A program made the position numbers and the translations under genes. 39,161 nt of DNA from a virus. Lineage: Duplodnaviria; Caudoviricetes. The stretch covers positions 1 to 39,161 of IMG/VR virus record IMGVR_UViG_3300007988_000038. One strand, given 5' to 3'. Numbering within the stretch: position 1 is the first letter of the stretch; each line of letters starts with the position of its first letter. Below the pieces are notes generated by a model that saw only the letters and a list, made by a program, of their open reading frames with translations, had not been told where the DNA came from and searched no databases. Below, piece by piece: positions 16,946 through 26,100 of this stretch.

Positions 16946-18472
16946 TTAAATAAAGACCGGGTTGGTCAGGACCGGTTTGAGATACACGGTCTCTTCACCG
17001 GCAAAATCGAGGTTGCCTTGCTCCCGAATAAGCATGGCACAGCGAACCGCGTCGATGATGTGGTCGTTCCCTTTGGAGTAGATAATCTTGCCGTCCCGCA
17101 GGGTGTAGGTCTGGGTGGTGAACTGGTCCTCGATTTCCAAATCGTCTGAGGGGAAGATGATCTGTTTGCGCTGAAGGGAACCGTTGATCAGGCTGGTCAT
17201 CAATTCCTTTGTACGCTTTTTGATTTCCTTGCCGTCGCGGACGGTGAGCCGGGTCATGCCGCCGAAGTCAAAGCCTTTCAATCTGCCTTCAAGTTCCAGC
17301 TCTTTGTATTTGTCGAGGGTCAGCAGTTCCTGAACCACGGCCAGACCGTTACCGCCATTGTCCACGCCAATACCAGCCGGGGTGAAATAGCGTTCAAGCA
17401 GCGCTATGGTCTGGGCAATATGCGGATACGACACATGCTCCATATGAATCCGCAGGATAAGTTTCAGGAAACTGCGATCACCCACCTCGGCTTCCTGAAA
17501 AACAACCAGCTCGGTTGGGTCATTTGTATATCCAAGATCGCCACCGATCCAGAACAGCCCGGTGCGAGGAGTGAGGTTGAGCAGCAGTTCGAGCCGGTCA
17601 TAGGCGGCTTCCTCCGTCTCACAATCGCGTAGCTCGGTATCGGTAATGGTGACCTTCTGATATTCCAGCAATTCCTGTCGGCAGAGATTGAACTGCTCGA
17701 CATTGAACGTTCCATAGGAAGGCTTCCCGTGTTCTCCGGCAACCTCATGCTGCCAGCCGGAGGTGTCTTTGCCTCCATAAAATTCCAGCAGCTCTGATTC
17801 ACGTTCGTCAGTCCAGAATGGATTGAACCAAGAGGCCCAGCGGAACACCTTGAACTGTTCCGACATGGTCAGTCGATAGTAAGTCGTGTTTCGCAGACCG
17901 TTGGGAGTGGAGTAGATTTTCAGGCGGCCACCTGTTTTCAGGCATTGCCTGAGCGCCTTCCATGCACGCTCGGAAAGCCACGCGCCTTCATCTACCCAGA
18001 CTCGGTCCACATGAAGTGAGCGGAATGCATCGCCATACGCACCGGCCGGACGGAAATAGATCACCGAGCCATTGGTAAACTCCAGCCGGAAGTATGGCTT
18101 CCGGGTAATTTTAGGTTTGCCGTATTTCGAGAGAGCAATGCTGTTCATCAAATCTTCATTGTGGTCCAGCTGGTACTCTATTTCCTCGATAACTGTATCG
18201 AGATGTCCCTGATGAGGAGCAGCAATCAAACCCCTCCCACCTCGAGTCGTGAAGGCATAGTGCAGTGCATCTGTCGAAAGCACAATCGACTTGCCAACGT
18301 CACGACCATCGAGGTGGACAATGTTTTTATGGGAACACCTGAGGTCTTCCTTCTGGTGCCCCCAGTATGACCGTACCGAACCGTCCCGGTTGTAGAGATA
18401 CGCCTGTCCCCACAAGACCGGGTCACGGAGTGTTTCAGCCAGCCTGCGCTCCTTATCAGAGACACCCATCAA
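16946..18472 (-). CDS. terL: Terminase large subunit
   Basis: Walker A-like GRDVGKS, Walker B VWVDEG, coupling motif YSTP, nuclease motifs GGDLG..DPT and NDHIIDA. Confidence 0.92.
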   Translation of the reverse strand: MMGVSDKERRLAETLRDPVLWGQAYLYNRDGSVRSYWGHQKEDLRCSHKNIVHLDGRDVGKSIVLSTDALHYAFTTRGGRGLIAAPHQGHLDTVIEEIEYQLDHNEDLMNSIALSKYGKPKITRKPYFRLEFTNGSVIYFRPAGAYGDAFRSLHVDRVWVDEGAWLSERAWKALRQCLKTGGRLKIYSTPNGLRNTTYYRLTMSEQFKVFRWASWFNPFWTDERESELLEFYGGKDTSGWQHEVAGEHGKPSYGTFNVEQFNLCRQELLEYQKVTITDTELRDCETEEAAYDRLELLLNLTPRTGLFWIGGDLGYTNDPTELVVFQEAEVGDRSFLKLILRIHMEHVSYPHIAQTIALLERYFTPAGIGVDNGGNGLAVVQELLTLDKYKELELEGRLKGFDFGGMTRLTVRDGKEIKKRTKELMTSLINGSLQRKQIIFPSDDLEIEDQFTTQTYTLRDGKIIYSKGNDHIIDAVRCAMLIREQGNLDFAGEETVYLKPVLTNPVFI

Positions 18473-18747
18473 TTCATTCCTTTGCGGATGGCAACCCCAA
18501 GAACGGATGAGACTAGCTCTGTGAGGATCTGTTGAACCGCCAATGTGTTCGTCCTGTTGGCGACAGCTTCCTCGATATCCAGTATGGCCTGATCAAGTTC
18601 CTGCCATTCAATGTATTTTTGCTGAGCGGCTTCCATACGCTCGAAAGCGTCGTCTATGCGACCGGCCGCCAGTTCAGAGCCGATGTCGACCAATGCCTGA
18701 CCTGCTTCCCGGATCGCTTCGCTGTTTTGTTCGAGTATTTCTTTCAT
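18469..18747 (-). CDS. Hypothetical helical protein
   Basis: 92 aa; ATGA overlaps on both sides; GGAGG RBS. Confidence 0.7.
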   Translation of the reverse strand: MKEILEQNSEAIREAGQALVDIGSELAAGRIDDAFERMEAAQQKYIEWQELDQAILDIEEAVANRTNTLAVQQILTELVSSVLGVAIRKGMN

Positions 18748-19016
18748 TGTTCATTGTCCTCCGGATTTGTGTTCGCCCAGTTATCCAGTGAATCAATGGC
18801 TTTCTGCAGACGCAGCCCGATTCCGACCAAACGCTCCGCATCCGGGTGGTTGTATTCAACCAGAGCCTTATTTGCTTCCCGGACATATTCCGGGGTGTAG
18901 CGGTTCAGGGTGGATGTGGCCGACTGAATCTGCTCAGGCGGTCTGTACGTGGCGCAGCCAGCAACCATACCGGCCAGCGTCAATGGGATTACCCATTCGA
19001 GTGCTTTCTTTAACAT
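18744..19016 (-). CDS. Small lipoprotein
   Basis: Signal peptide MLKKALEWVIPLTLAGMVAG-C with lipobox VAGC; AAAGGAG RBS. Confidence 0.75.
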   Translation of the reverse strand: MLKKALEWVIPLTLAGMVAGCATYRPPEQIQSATSTLNRYTPEYVREANKALVEYNHPDAERLVGIGLRLQKAIDSLDNWANTNPEDNEQ

Positions 19017-19071
19017 GTTGCGCTCCTTTGATTTAGGGTTGTTTTATTAATGCAGAAAAATCTCTGCAAAC

Positions 19072-19102
19072 ACTTGATTTCCAAGAGGATATAAGCGTCA
19101 TT
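19072..19102 (+). promoter_or_regulatory. Second motif ACTTGATT-N14-AGCGTCATT, upstream of tyrosine recombinase cassette
   Basis: Same boxes and spacing as the minus-strand copy at 35853-35883. Confidence 0.55.
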
Positions 19103-19156
19103 GGACATGACGCGGGACGGTCCCGCAGAACCATAAACCGAAGCAGGAGACGACCC

Positions 19157-19351
19157 ATGAAACAGGTAAAAAACAGTGACGACGCCAGAACCGCCTACAA
19201 AAAGCGCCAGGACAACATTGCTGAGTACATCCAGCGGATTCAGAAGAAGCTGGCCGCAGATGCCGGGCAGGCGAATATCAACTGGGCTCACGTGGGATCG
19301 CTCGGGCACGTCGAAGAGCTGCTCCAGCAGATCGATGAGTTTCTGGGTTAA
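19157..19351 (+). CDS. Small hypothetical protein (INWAHVGSL motif)
   Basis: 64 aa; CAGGAG RBS; first gene of the + strand cassette. Confidence 0.7.
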   Translation: MKQVKNSDDARTAYKKRQDNIAEYIQRIQKKLAADAGQANINWAHVGSLGHVEELLQQIDEFLG

Positions 19352-19384
19352 GGAACCGGCTTCACAAACAAAGGAGTTAATGCC

Positions 19385-19756
19385 ATGACAGAGATGACCA
19401 TTCATGAAACCACTGCCGCCTTCATCAACCATCTTCGGGACAACGGCAAAAAGGAGCGCACGCTCTACACCTACCGGAAGGACCTCGACCTCATCGAGGG
19501 ATACTTCGGCAAGAACAAGATGCTTCAGGAGTTGAGAATCACTCAGGTTGGGAAGTTCCTCAAATGCGATACGCTTCTGAAACTCGGAAATGGTAATGCC
19601 CGGGCCGAGAGAACCGTTGCCAAGACCATCCGGGTCTTTCGGATGATGCTTGTCTGGGCCAAGGAGTCCGGTTTTATCGATGAGCTCCCGCTGCCCAAAA
19701 GCACCCCGATGGGACACAGCAAGCAGACGGAGGTGACCGATGCCGAACAGCAGTGA
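19385..19756 (+). CDS. Stand-alone integrase core-binding (SAM-like) domain protein
   Basis: FINHLRDNGKKERTLYTYRKDL...ERTVAKTIRVFRMMLVWA; no catalytic domain. Confidence 0.75.
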   Translation: MTEMTIHETTAAFINHLRDNGKKERTLYTYRKDLDLIEGYFGKNKMLQELRITQVGKFLKCDTLLKLGNGNARAERTVAKTIRVFRMMLVWAKESGFIDELPLPKSTPMGHSKQTEVTDAEQQ

Positions 19757-20648
19757 TCGACTGGAAGCGGCCATAGAGCGATTCTGTGCCCACTTGTCGG
19801 CCGAAAACAAAGCAGCAGGGACAGTGACCGCATACCGGCGGGATCTGCGACTGGTGGCCTGTGTGGCCGAATCCTTCCAGCTCGGACTCTGCTGCCAAGA
19901 TGTGACACCCGGTCTGCTGGATCGGGCTCTATCCTCACCGCAGCTTTTGACCACGAACTCGGGAACAAGGTCACCGGCATCGATCCACCGTTTGAAAGCG
20001 GCGGTCCGTTCATTCTTTGCATGGACAACGGATGCCGGGCTTACATTTGAAAACCCGGCCCGATCCGTTCGCATGAAAAGGCTGGCGCAGAAGCCGCCGG
20101 TATTCCTGACGGCTTCTGAAAAGAAGGTACTGCTGAAAGAGGTGAAAAGTCGCGTGGGGTTTTCAGACATGAGGGATCGGGTAATGATCGAAGTCCTGCT
20201 CGGAACCGGCATCCGTATCGGTGAGCTGGAATCTCTGGACACGGATGATATTGACCTCGATGCCAAGCATCTGAGAGTCAGAGCCAAGGGGAATGTGGTG
20301 CAGGTCAAGTTCATAAAAACCGACCTCCGCATATTACTGAAAAGGTATCTGAAAGAACGATCCCGGCAAAGCACAGTACAATGCAGCCCACTGTTTCTTT
20401 CCAATAGAGGAACACGTCTTTGCCAGCGGCAGATTGCCAACCGGATAGCCTTGTGGCTGAAGAAGGCTGGTATTGAAAAGAACCTGACTCCGCATGGCCT
20501 GCGGCATACCTTTGCAACCCACCTTTACGGGGCCACCAGTGACCTGCTTGTCGTGCAGAGGGCGCTGGGGCACCGGGATATTTCAACGACTCAAATCTAC
20601 ACCCACCTTGTTGATGGGCAACTCGAGGATGCCCTTGAAAGGCTGTAA
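19740..20648 (+). CDS. XerC/D-family tyrosine recombinase
   Basis: Full catalytic set: GIRIGE (R), AKGN (K), HGLRH, LGH, TTQIY (Y). Confidence 0.93.
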   Translation: MPNSSDRLEAAIERFCAHLSAENKAAGTVTAYRRDLRLVACVAESFQLGLCCQDVTPGLLDRALSSPQLLTTNSGTRSPASIHRLKAAVRSFFAWTTDAGLTFENPARSVRMKRLAQKPPVFLTASEKKVLLKEVKSRVGFSDMRDRVMIEVLLGTGIRIGELESLDTDDIDLDAKHLRVRAKGNVVQVKFIKTDLRILLKRYLKERSRQSTVQCSPLFLSNRGTRLCQRQIANRIALWLKKAGIEKNLTPHGLRHTFATHLYGATSDLLVVQRALGHRDISTTQIYTHLVDGQLEDALERL

Positions 20649-20671
20649 CATCAGTGTTCACCCGAACATCC

Positions 20672-20696
20672 GGAGCGGCTCCTGCTGCTCCTTTTT
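20672..20696 (+). terminator. Intrinsic terminator after tyrosine recombinase
   Basis: GGAGCGGC-TCCT-GCTGCTCC-TTTTT. Confidence 0.65.
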
Positions 20697-20723
20697 CATT
20701 CTCGGGGCGCGTATTCGAATTGC

Positions 20724-20840
20724 TGTATATGGCGTTATGCGCACACAAGGCCATACAGTCCACTTTGGGATTTATTGCGTTATGTGCGCATAAGCCAATA
20801 AAGTTGATTTTCTTGTGTATGGTTTTATGCACACAGGATT
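20724..20840. repeat. Three imperfect palindromic repeats at 45-bp period
   Basis: TTATG cores at 20735, 20780 and 20825; the best copy is TTTATTGCGTTATG-TGCG-CATAAGCCAATAAA. Confidence 0.7.
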
Positions 20841-20903
20841 GGAGGAAGCTGATGCTGAACCGATGGTTCATACCCGCCGTTCGAGAAATTTTATTTAACT
20901 GAA

Positions 20904-20931
20904 ATTTCCGGGAACATGCCTTATCTGAAAT
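20904..20931. other. dif/lox-like recombination core site (11-6-11)
   Basis: ATTTCCGGGAA-CATGCC-TTATCTGAAAT; arms are 8/11 inverted; right arm resembles the XerD arm TTATGTTAAAT. Confidence 0.5.
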
Positions 20932-20959
20932 TCCTGTCATCGAGAGCCTCCATAACTGC

Positions 20960-21496
20960 CTAATCCTTCGCACTCTTTCTTTTTGAGGCTCCGGTGTTAT
21001 TTGAACTTTTTTTCGGCTTTTTCACGGAAGCGGTCCTCTGTGCGGCGGCCTCGCTCACTTTTTCGAGAAGAGCGGAGGCCCATTCAGCCGGTGAAGTCTG
21101 CGGACCTTTCGGCTCTTCACCCTCGCGGGAAATCTTGGTGGTCTTAAGATCCTTCATGTGGCAGCGGATCATCCGGTCGAGACTCTCGGCCGCCTGTGTG
21201 TTGCCTTCGACCTGTGCCCGGACCAGCTTCACCGAGTAGATGCCCACCAGCTCGACCTGCAGGAAGTCACTTGATTTGTTGAACTGGAAGTCCTCGTGCA
21301 GCTTTTCAATGATGCTGTCGAACATGACCTTTTCTTCCGGAGTCAGGCAGCGGTCGGCAAAGATTCCGTGTTTGAGGGTTTGAAGGTTGCCCTGCATGGA
21401 TTCAGCTTTGTTTTTCATGGCCTCGGAGTGTTCGGTTTTACCCTCATTCCGATGCCATCGGTCCAAGCTGCTTTTGTCTGTTTTAGATACCGCCAA
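20960..21496 (-). CDS. terS: Putative terminase small subunit
   Basis: GNLQTLKHGIF motif, helical, upstream of terL; TTG start with GGAG RBS. Confidence 0.6.
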   Translation of the reverse strand: MAVSKTDKSSLDRWHRNEGKTEHSEAMKNKAESMQGNLQTLKHGIFADRCLTPEEKVMFDSIIEKLHEDFQFNKSSDFLQVELVGIYSVKLVRAQVEGNTQAAESLDRMIRCHMKDLKTTKISREGEEPKGPQTSPAEWASALLEKVSEAAAQRTASVKKPKKSSNNTGASKRKSAKD

Positions 21497-21584
21497 GGCT
21501 TATCTCCGGTTCTTCATTTTCGTTTTGCTAAGTCGGGGTTCGGGGCGGAAGGCAGATTTAGCCCGTTTTCCCGAACCACAAACC

Positions 21585-21615
21585 TTACATACCGGAAGAG
21601 TCCTCAACCTGTCGG
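21585..21615 (-). promoter_or_regulatory. Motif copy 4 (upstream of terS; overlaps end of upstream gene)
   Basis: + strand TTACATACCGG aagagtcctcaacct GTCGG. Confidence 0.7.
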
Positions 21616-21860
21616 GCGTCGGTTTCCTTTCTGTGGTCCGCGAGAATCTGATTGACCCTACGACGTGTGATACCGGCAAGGCTGGCAATTTCATCGGTTT
21701 CGATTCTCTGACTTTTAAGAGCAATGACCAGTTGTCTGCGTTCTTTGTAAAAGCTGCCCGGTGCGGGAATCCAAAGGATGCCGGAATGATGTTTCTGCAC
21801 TTCCTTGAGAAGCTCTCTCGGGAGGATGTGTTCGGCATTGGCGTATTTCTTAATGCTCAT
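21585..21860 (-). CDS. Mor / CD3324-like HTH transcription regulator
   Basis: YANAEHILPRELLKEVQKH..GILWIP followed by HTH TDEIASLAGITRRRVNQIL. Confidence 0.65.
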   Translation of the reverse strand: MSIKKYANAEHILPRELLKEVQKHHSGILWIPAPGSFYKERRQLVIALKSQRIETDEIASLAGITRRRVNQILADHRKETDARQVEDSSGM

Positions 21861-22638
21861 GATTGTTCTCCACTTTCTTCAGCCACGGCTGCGGAACATC
21901 CGGGTTATGAAACCTGAGCGTGCTGGGACGCGGAGTTTCCGGGCTGTGGATAATTTCGATATTCTTTTCTGTTACGGCACCAATCTTTCGATCACCGCCG
22001 ACAAAGCAGACCAGTCCGTAATCCTGACCGCAGGGGAACCGATATCGTCCCTGATTCTGGTAAAGCCTGGCTTCAGACCATTTCTTGGACATGGCTTCCT
22101 CCTTGATTGCATCAACTTTGGCCAATGCTTCCGCACTGACTTGCTCTATACAATTCCAAGCTTCTTCTGGCGGATAAATCCAGTTGTTCTTGGGAGGTTC
22201 TGCAGGTTTCTCAGGTTTTGCCGGAACATGGCGGGGAGCTGGGTAATTCTGCGGGCTAAGCTGGCGGGATGCCTGCTGAAGAGCTTCTTTGCCGAATTGT
22301 TGAACCGCGTATTCCTGAAGAGGATTGAACCTGCTTTTCAGGCCTTCCCATGTTGATTCGGGAAGTTTTCCGGCTTTGAAGGCGGACTGGGCTGCCAGCA
22401 TGCGGGATCGGAGCCATGCGAAATACTCCGGCTCGAGACGTCGATAGATTTTGCCGTTGTATTCCACATCGCTGGCGGACGTAACAGCCCACTCGAATCG
22501 TGCGGTCTCCAGATCGGTGGATACGAAAAGATCGGGCTCCGGTGCGCTGCTGTCATTTTCAGTTGGCTGCGGAGCTTGTTGGGAAGGCTCACTCTCTGGG
22601 GAATCGAGATGCGTGAGCATGGTTTGTAAAAGGCTCAT
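21850..22638 (-). CDS. Hypothetical protein
   Basis: 262 aa; GGAGG RBS; overlaps the next gene. Confidence 0.7.
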   Translation of the reverse strand: MSLLQTMLTHLDSPESEPSQQAPQPTENDSSAPEPDLFVSTDLETARFEWAVTSASDVEYNGKIYRRLEPEYFAWLRSRMLAAQSAFKAGKLPESTWEGLKSRFNPLQEYAVQQFGKEALQQASRQLSPQNYPAPRHVPAKPEKPAEPPKNNWIYPPEEAWNCIEQVSAEALAKVDAIKEEAMSKKWSEARLYQNQGRYRFPCGQDYGLVCFVGGDRKIGAVTEKNIEIIHSPETPRPSTLRFHNPDVPQPWLKKVENNHEH

Positions 22639-22676
22639 GGGTGACCTCCGGAATTTCGGGTTTATTTTTCTTCCCG

Positions 22677-22707
22677 TTACTTACCGGAGCCGGACCATGT
22701 GTGTCGG
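22677..22707 (-). promoter_or_regulatory. Motif copy 5
   Basis: + strand TTACTTACCGG agccggaccatgtgt GTCGG. Confidence 0.75.
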
Positions 22708-22710
22708 ATG

Positions 22711-23031
22711 GTAGAAAGCGTAGAAAGTGGTTTCTACGTTCAGGGACCTTTCTACACCCCCTTTCTACATCTCTTAACAGTAGTAATAGCAGTTAGTTAT
22801 ATATGTTTTTGTAGAAAGTGTAGAAAGGTATAGGAATATTACTCACGCATAGCCCGATTTTTTTATGCATGCCATTCATCCAATAAATTGAAAAAATGAA
22901 CAGTAAGGGGGAGTGACCTCTGAAATCTTTCTACACTTTCTACGCCCGCCACGTAACGCCATAAATAACAGTGAGTTGCGCTGTAGAAAGGTGCTCTCTG
23001 GACATTCTACATTGTAGAAAGGTCTTTCTAC
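22711..23031. repeat. Putative replication origin with about 13 GTAGAAAG/CTTTCTAC iterons and AT-rich spacers
   Basis: Copies at about 22711, 22720, 22731, 22748, 22761, 22811, 22820, 22927, 22936, 22983, 23004, 23014 and 23024, in both orientations; non-coding region downstream of the primase-helicase. Confidence 0.75.
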
Positions 23032-23127
23032 ACCGGCGGCCTTTGTAACGATTTTACCAGCCAGTGGCTAATTTCTAATCGTATTACCGACTGGATAACT
23101 GTTTCGCCAGAATCTGCCGGGGATATA

Positions 23128-23159
23128 AACAAAAAGCCCGCAGAGATGAATCCACGGGC
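23128..23159 (-). terminator. Intrinsic terminator after primase-helicase
   Basis: Minus strand GCCCGTGGA-TTCATC-TCTGCGGGC-TTTTTGTT. Confidence 0.6.
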
Positions 23160-23186
23160 CTGACTGGGAATGATATGGAGGGTAGT

Positions 23187-26100
23187 CTATTCGACTGATT
23201 GAATGGTATAGAGCTTGGTTCCGTAGCGTTTCTGGCTGATGACGACATCAAATCCGGCTCCACGGATGGTTTCGAGGTCGTTGGCAAAACGCTGGGCAAA
23301 CTGTCTTGATGAATCCATTTCAAAGCGCAGACCGAAATCTCTGGCCACACGCTTGAGCGCCACGAACAGCTCCCGGGACAAGACCTCCTTGAGGCAGCCG
23401 TCTTCTTCAGGCTGCACCTGATAGCGGGCAACGAACTCCTGAATGTGATCCACCCGGCGATCGTTGTACATATCTTTCCGGTCGGCCTCCACGGCTGTTC
23501 GCCATGCCTTGAACAATGTCGAGAGCGCCGTTGCGGTGTGATTGGAATCCCGTGCCGTTTCACGACTGGTCTGGTTGATGGTCTGGATCTGCTGTTTGAA
23601 GGCTGGAGCCAGAGTCGACATTCCCTGTTCGATCTGATCCTGAGATGATCCGGCCAGCAGCATCAGATACATCAGGCTGAGATATTCGTTGCAGCGCCGT
23701 TTGTCATGGTTGCCAAGGGCCTCATGCAGCAGCTTCATGGCCTGTGTTCGCATCCCGTCTTTCATCATGGCCAGCACCTCGCTGGTTCGTTTCATCAGAG
23801 CGGAAATGATCAGATCCCGGTTGCGCTGTATGGCGGCAATAACATCCGATTCAATGAAACAGTCGTTGCCCTGATTATCGATATCGAAATTGACAACAAA
23901 ACTCCGGGACTGAATTTCGGAAAGCTCACCACATAAAGGCTCGATGCCGGTTGTGTTGAGCAGACACTTGGTCCGCTCGGTCACGGTTTCACTGTCCGTT
24001 CCGCTCTTGCGCTTCTCCTTAGCAATCCCGGTGATGCTGGTGAGCATGAAGGTCGTTAGCTCCTCGCTCATTTGCCGGACCTCGATGTTGTCGAGGACAA
24101 TAAGCGGGTTCTGGGAACCGTCGGTGTAGTTGGCAGCATCGGTGGCTTTCTTATGCTGAGGTTCTCCGTACAACAAAGCAGAAATGATTTTACTGGCCGT
24201 GGTCTTACCCGATCCGGCCGAACCTTCAAAACGGGTCATGGGTCTGGTTCCGGAGAAATCGATCAATAGGAAACATGTCAACCATGACAAAATAAGAAAC
24301 CGGTCTCCCTGTGAGCAGGTCATATTATTAATCAAAAAATCAACCAGTAGTTTGTCAGCTTCCTCCGGAGAGGCATCTTTCAGGAATTTGAGTGGCTTCA
24401 TCTTGCGGGAACCATCCAGAATGATCCCGTCAGCGTTTCCACCGTTCTTCAGAATCTCGATGCCGTCGGGTGTGATCCGGGCAATTTCATGGTCCTGATT
24501 GTTCAGGTTGAAGTAAACGGTGTAATTGGAAATATCTGTGTGCAGCCACGAGAAATGGTCACGGACCTGTCCGCGAATCATAGCCAGACTGGGTAACACC
24601 TCAAAAAAAGTGCGACCACCATTGGAAGTGGGAACCATGCCTGTATGCTTGTAGAGCATGGCTGCATACTGCCTTTTGCGCCCCCGATCGGGTGAATCCA
24701 TCCAGTAAATGGAGTTGTCGAAATACATGAATGGCTCGCCGGTCTGGGTGTAAAAAAACTGGGCTCCGTTGGCCGAAAACCAGTCATAGGCAGCTTCGGC
24801 TGCAGCGGTGTAATCCGGTGCGCCATTTTCAATTTCTGTATCGATCAATACTTCATCGACGCGCCCACGGCATGAGCCCGGCGGTGATCCGCTGAGACGC
24901 TTGGCCTTCTTCTTTTCCTTTTTGGCATTGTCTCTTCGGTTCTGTTGAACAGAACGAACCTGTTCTTTCAGCGTCGCCATTGGAACTGATTTACCAAGGC
25001 GTTCCTGAACCAGTTTCAGCAGGCGACTTTGCTCCAGTGGTGAGTGGGCTGAAATTTCGGCCAGAACCGGCTCAAGCTGGCGATTTCTCTCTTCCTCTGG
25101 GGCATCCTCAGGCAGACTTTGAATGCCGAACTCCACCGGCGTAAAGGCCGCTGACAGCAGCTCCTGAAATTCGGCTTTGCCATTGCCCGATGCAAAGAAG
25201 TCGTTTACATCAATCTTGGCGTTGGCCAACAGCGTTTCGGCATCCCGGATTTCCTCGGCAGAATGGCCTTCGAGCAATTTGGCCAGCTCCCGGGGACCAA
25301 CTGCCGCAGTCAGATTAAACCGTTCCTGAAGTTCATGACGTGCCTGCTGTTGGGGTTCATTCAGAGGAATGGTAACCAGTTTCGTATCAATCTTGTGTTC
25401 GGCCAGTGTTCGTGCAGTCTGTAAAGCTCCCTTGAGCCCGGCCTCCGAAATTTCATTGTCCTGACAGATGTAGACGGTTTTGAGGCCGCGCATCTTCGGG
25501 ACCAGACGCTCCCAGTCTGCCGCTCTGATTCTTACCGTCACAGGTGAGAGCGCAGTAAAGTCCTGCTGCATCAGAGCGATGCAATCGGTCACGCCTTCGG
25601 TAATGATGATTTGATCGGGCTTACCCAGCAGGCAGTCCTCATTGAAGAGAACCGCATTGTTTATGAACCGGGCAATATAAGGACGCTGATGTTCATCGTG
25701 AACCGGAAGCTTTTTATACTTTCCCTGTTCCCAGTTTGCATCTGGTGTCCACGGTGTCTTTCGGCCGATCATGAACACAACACGCCCACGGCTCCAGTAT
25801 GGAAAGATGATGCGCTTTTCAAAAAACGGATTCAATCCATCCTGACTGGTCGGGCGAAAGGCTCCCGTTGCTGAAAGTTCCCGTTTGCTGAATCCGTTAT
25901 TTCCTGAGCGCAGGGCAGCAATGACACCGGACTCATTGTCGGCAAAACCAATCAACAGGTCGTCGATGGTCTCATCACTGATGGCGTACTTTTCTTTCAG
26001 CCAAGTCAGCGCTTCCTGATTTGCCTTGAGCCGCTGGTGATAGTAGCGGGCCAGCTCGGTCAGGGCATCTTTAACCCGGATCTCAAAGGAACGATCATTT

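Noticed and set aside
19010-20440. 476-aa ORF on the - strand
   Set aside because: Antisense to three well-formed + strand genes, including the tyrosine recombinase.
19740-20648. Host chromosomal xerC or integron integrase
   Set aside because: Embedded among phage packaging genes; no IntI-specific insertion or attC cassettes seen.
20654-20973. Short ORFs with repeated ALCAH peptides on both strands
   Set aside because: By-product of 45-bp palindromic DNA repeats; better explained as binding sites.
22711-23031. CRISPR array
   Set aside because: Repeats are only 8 bp, irregularly spaced and in both orientations; this fits iterons.
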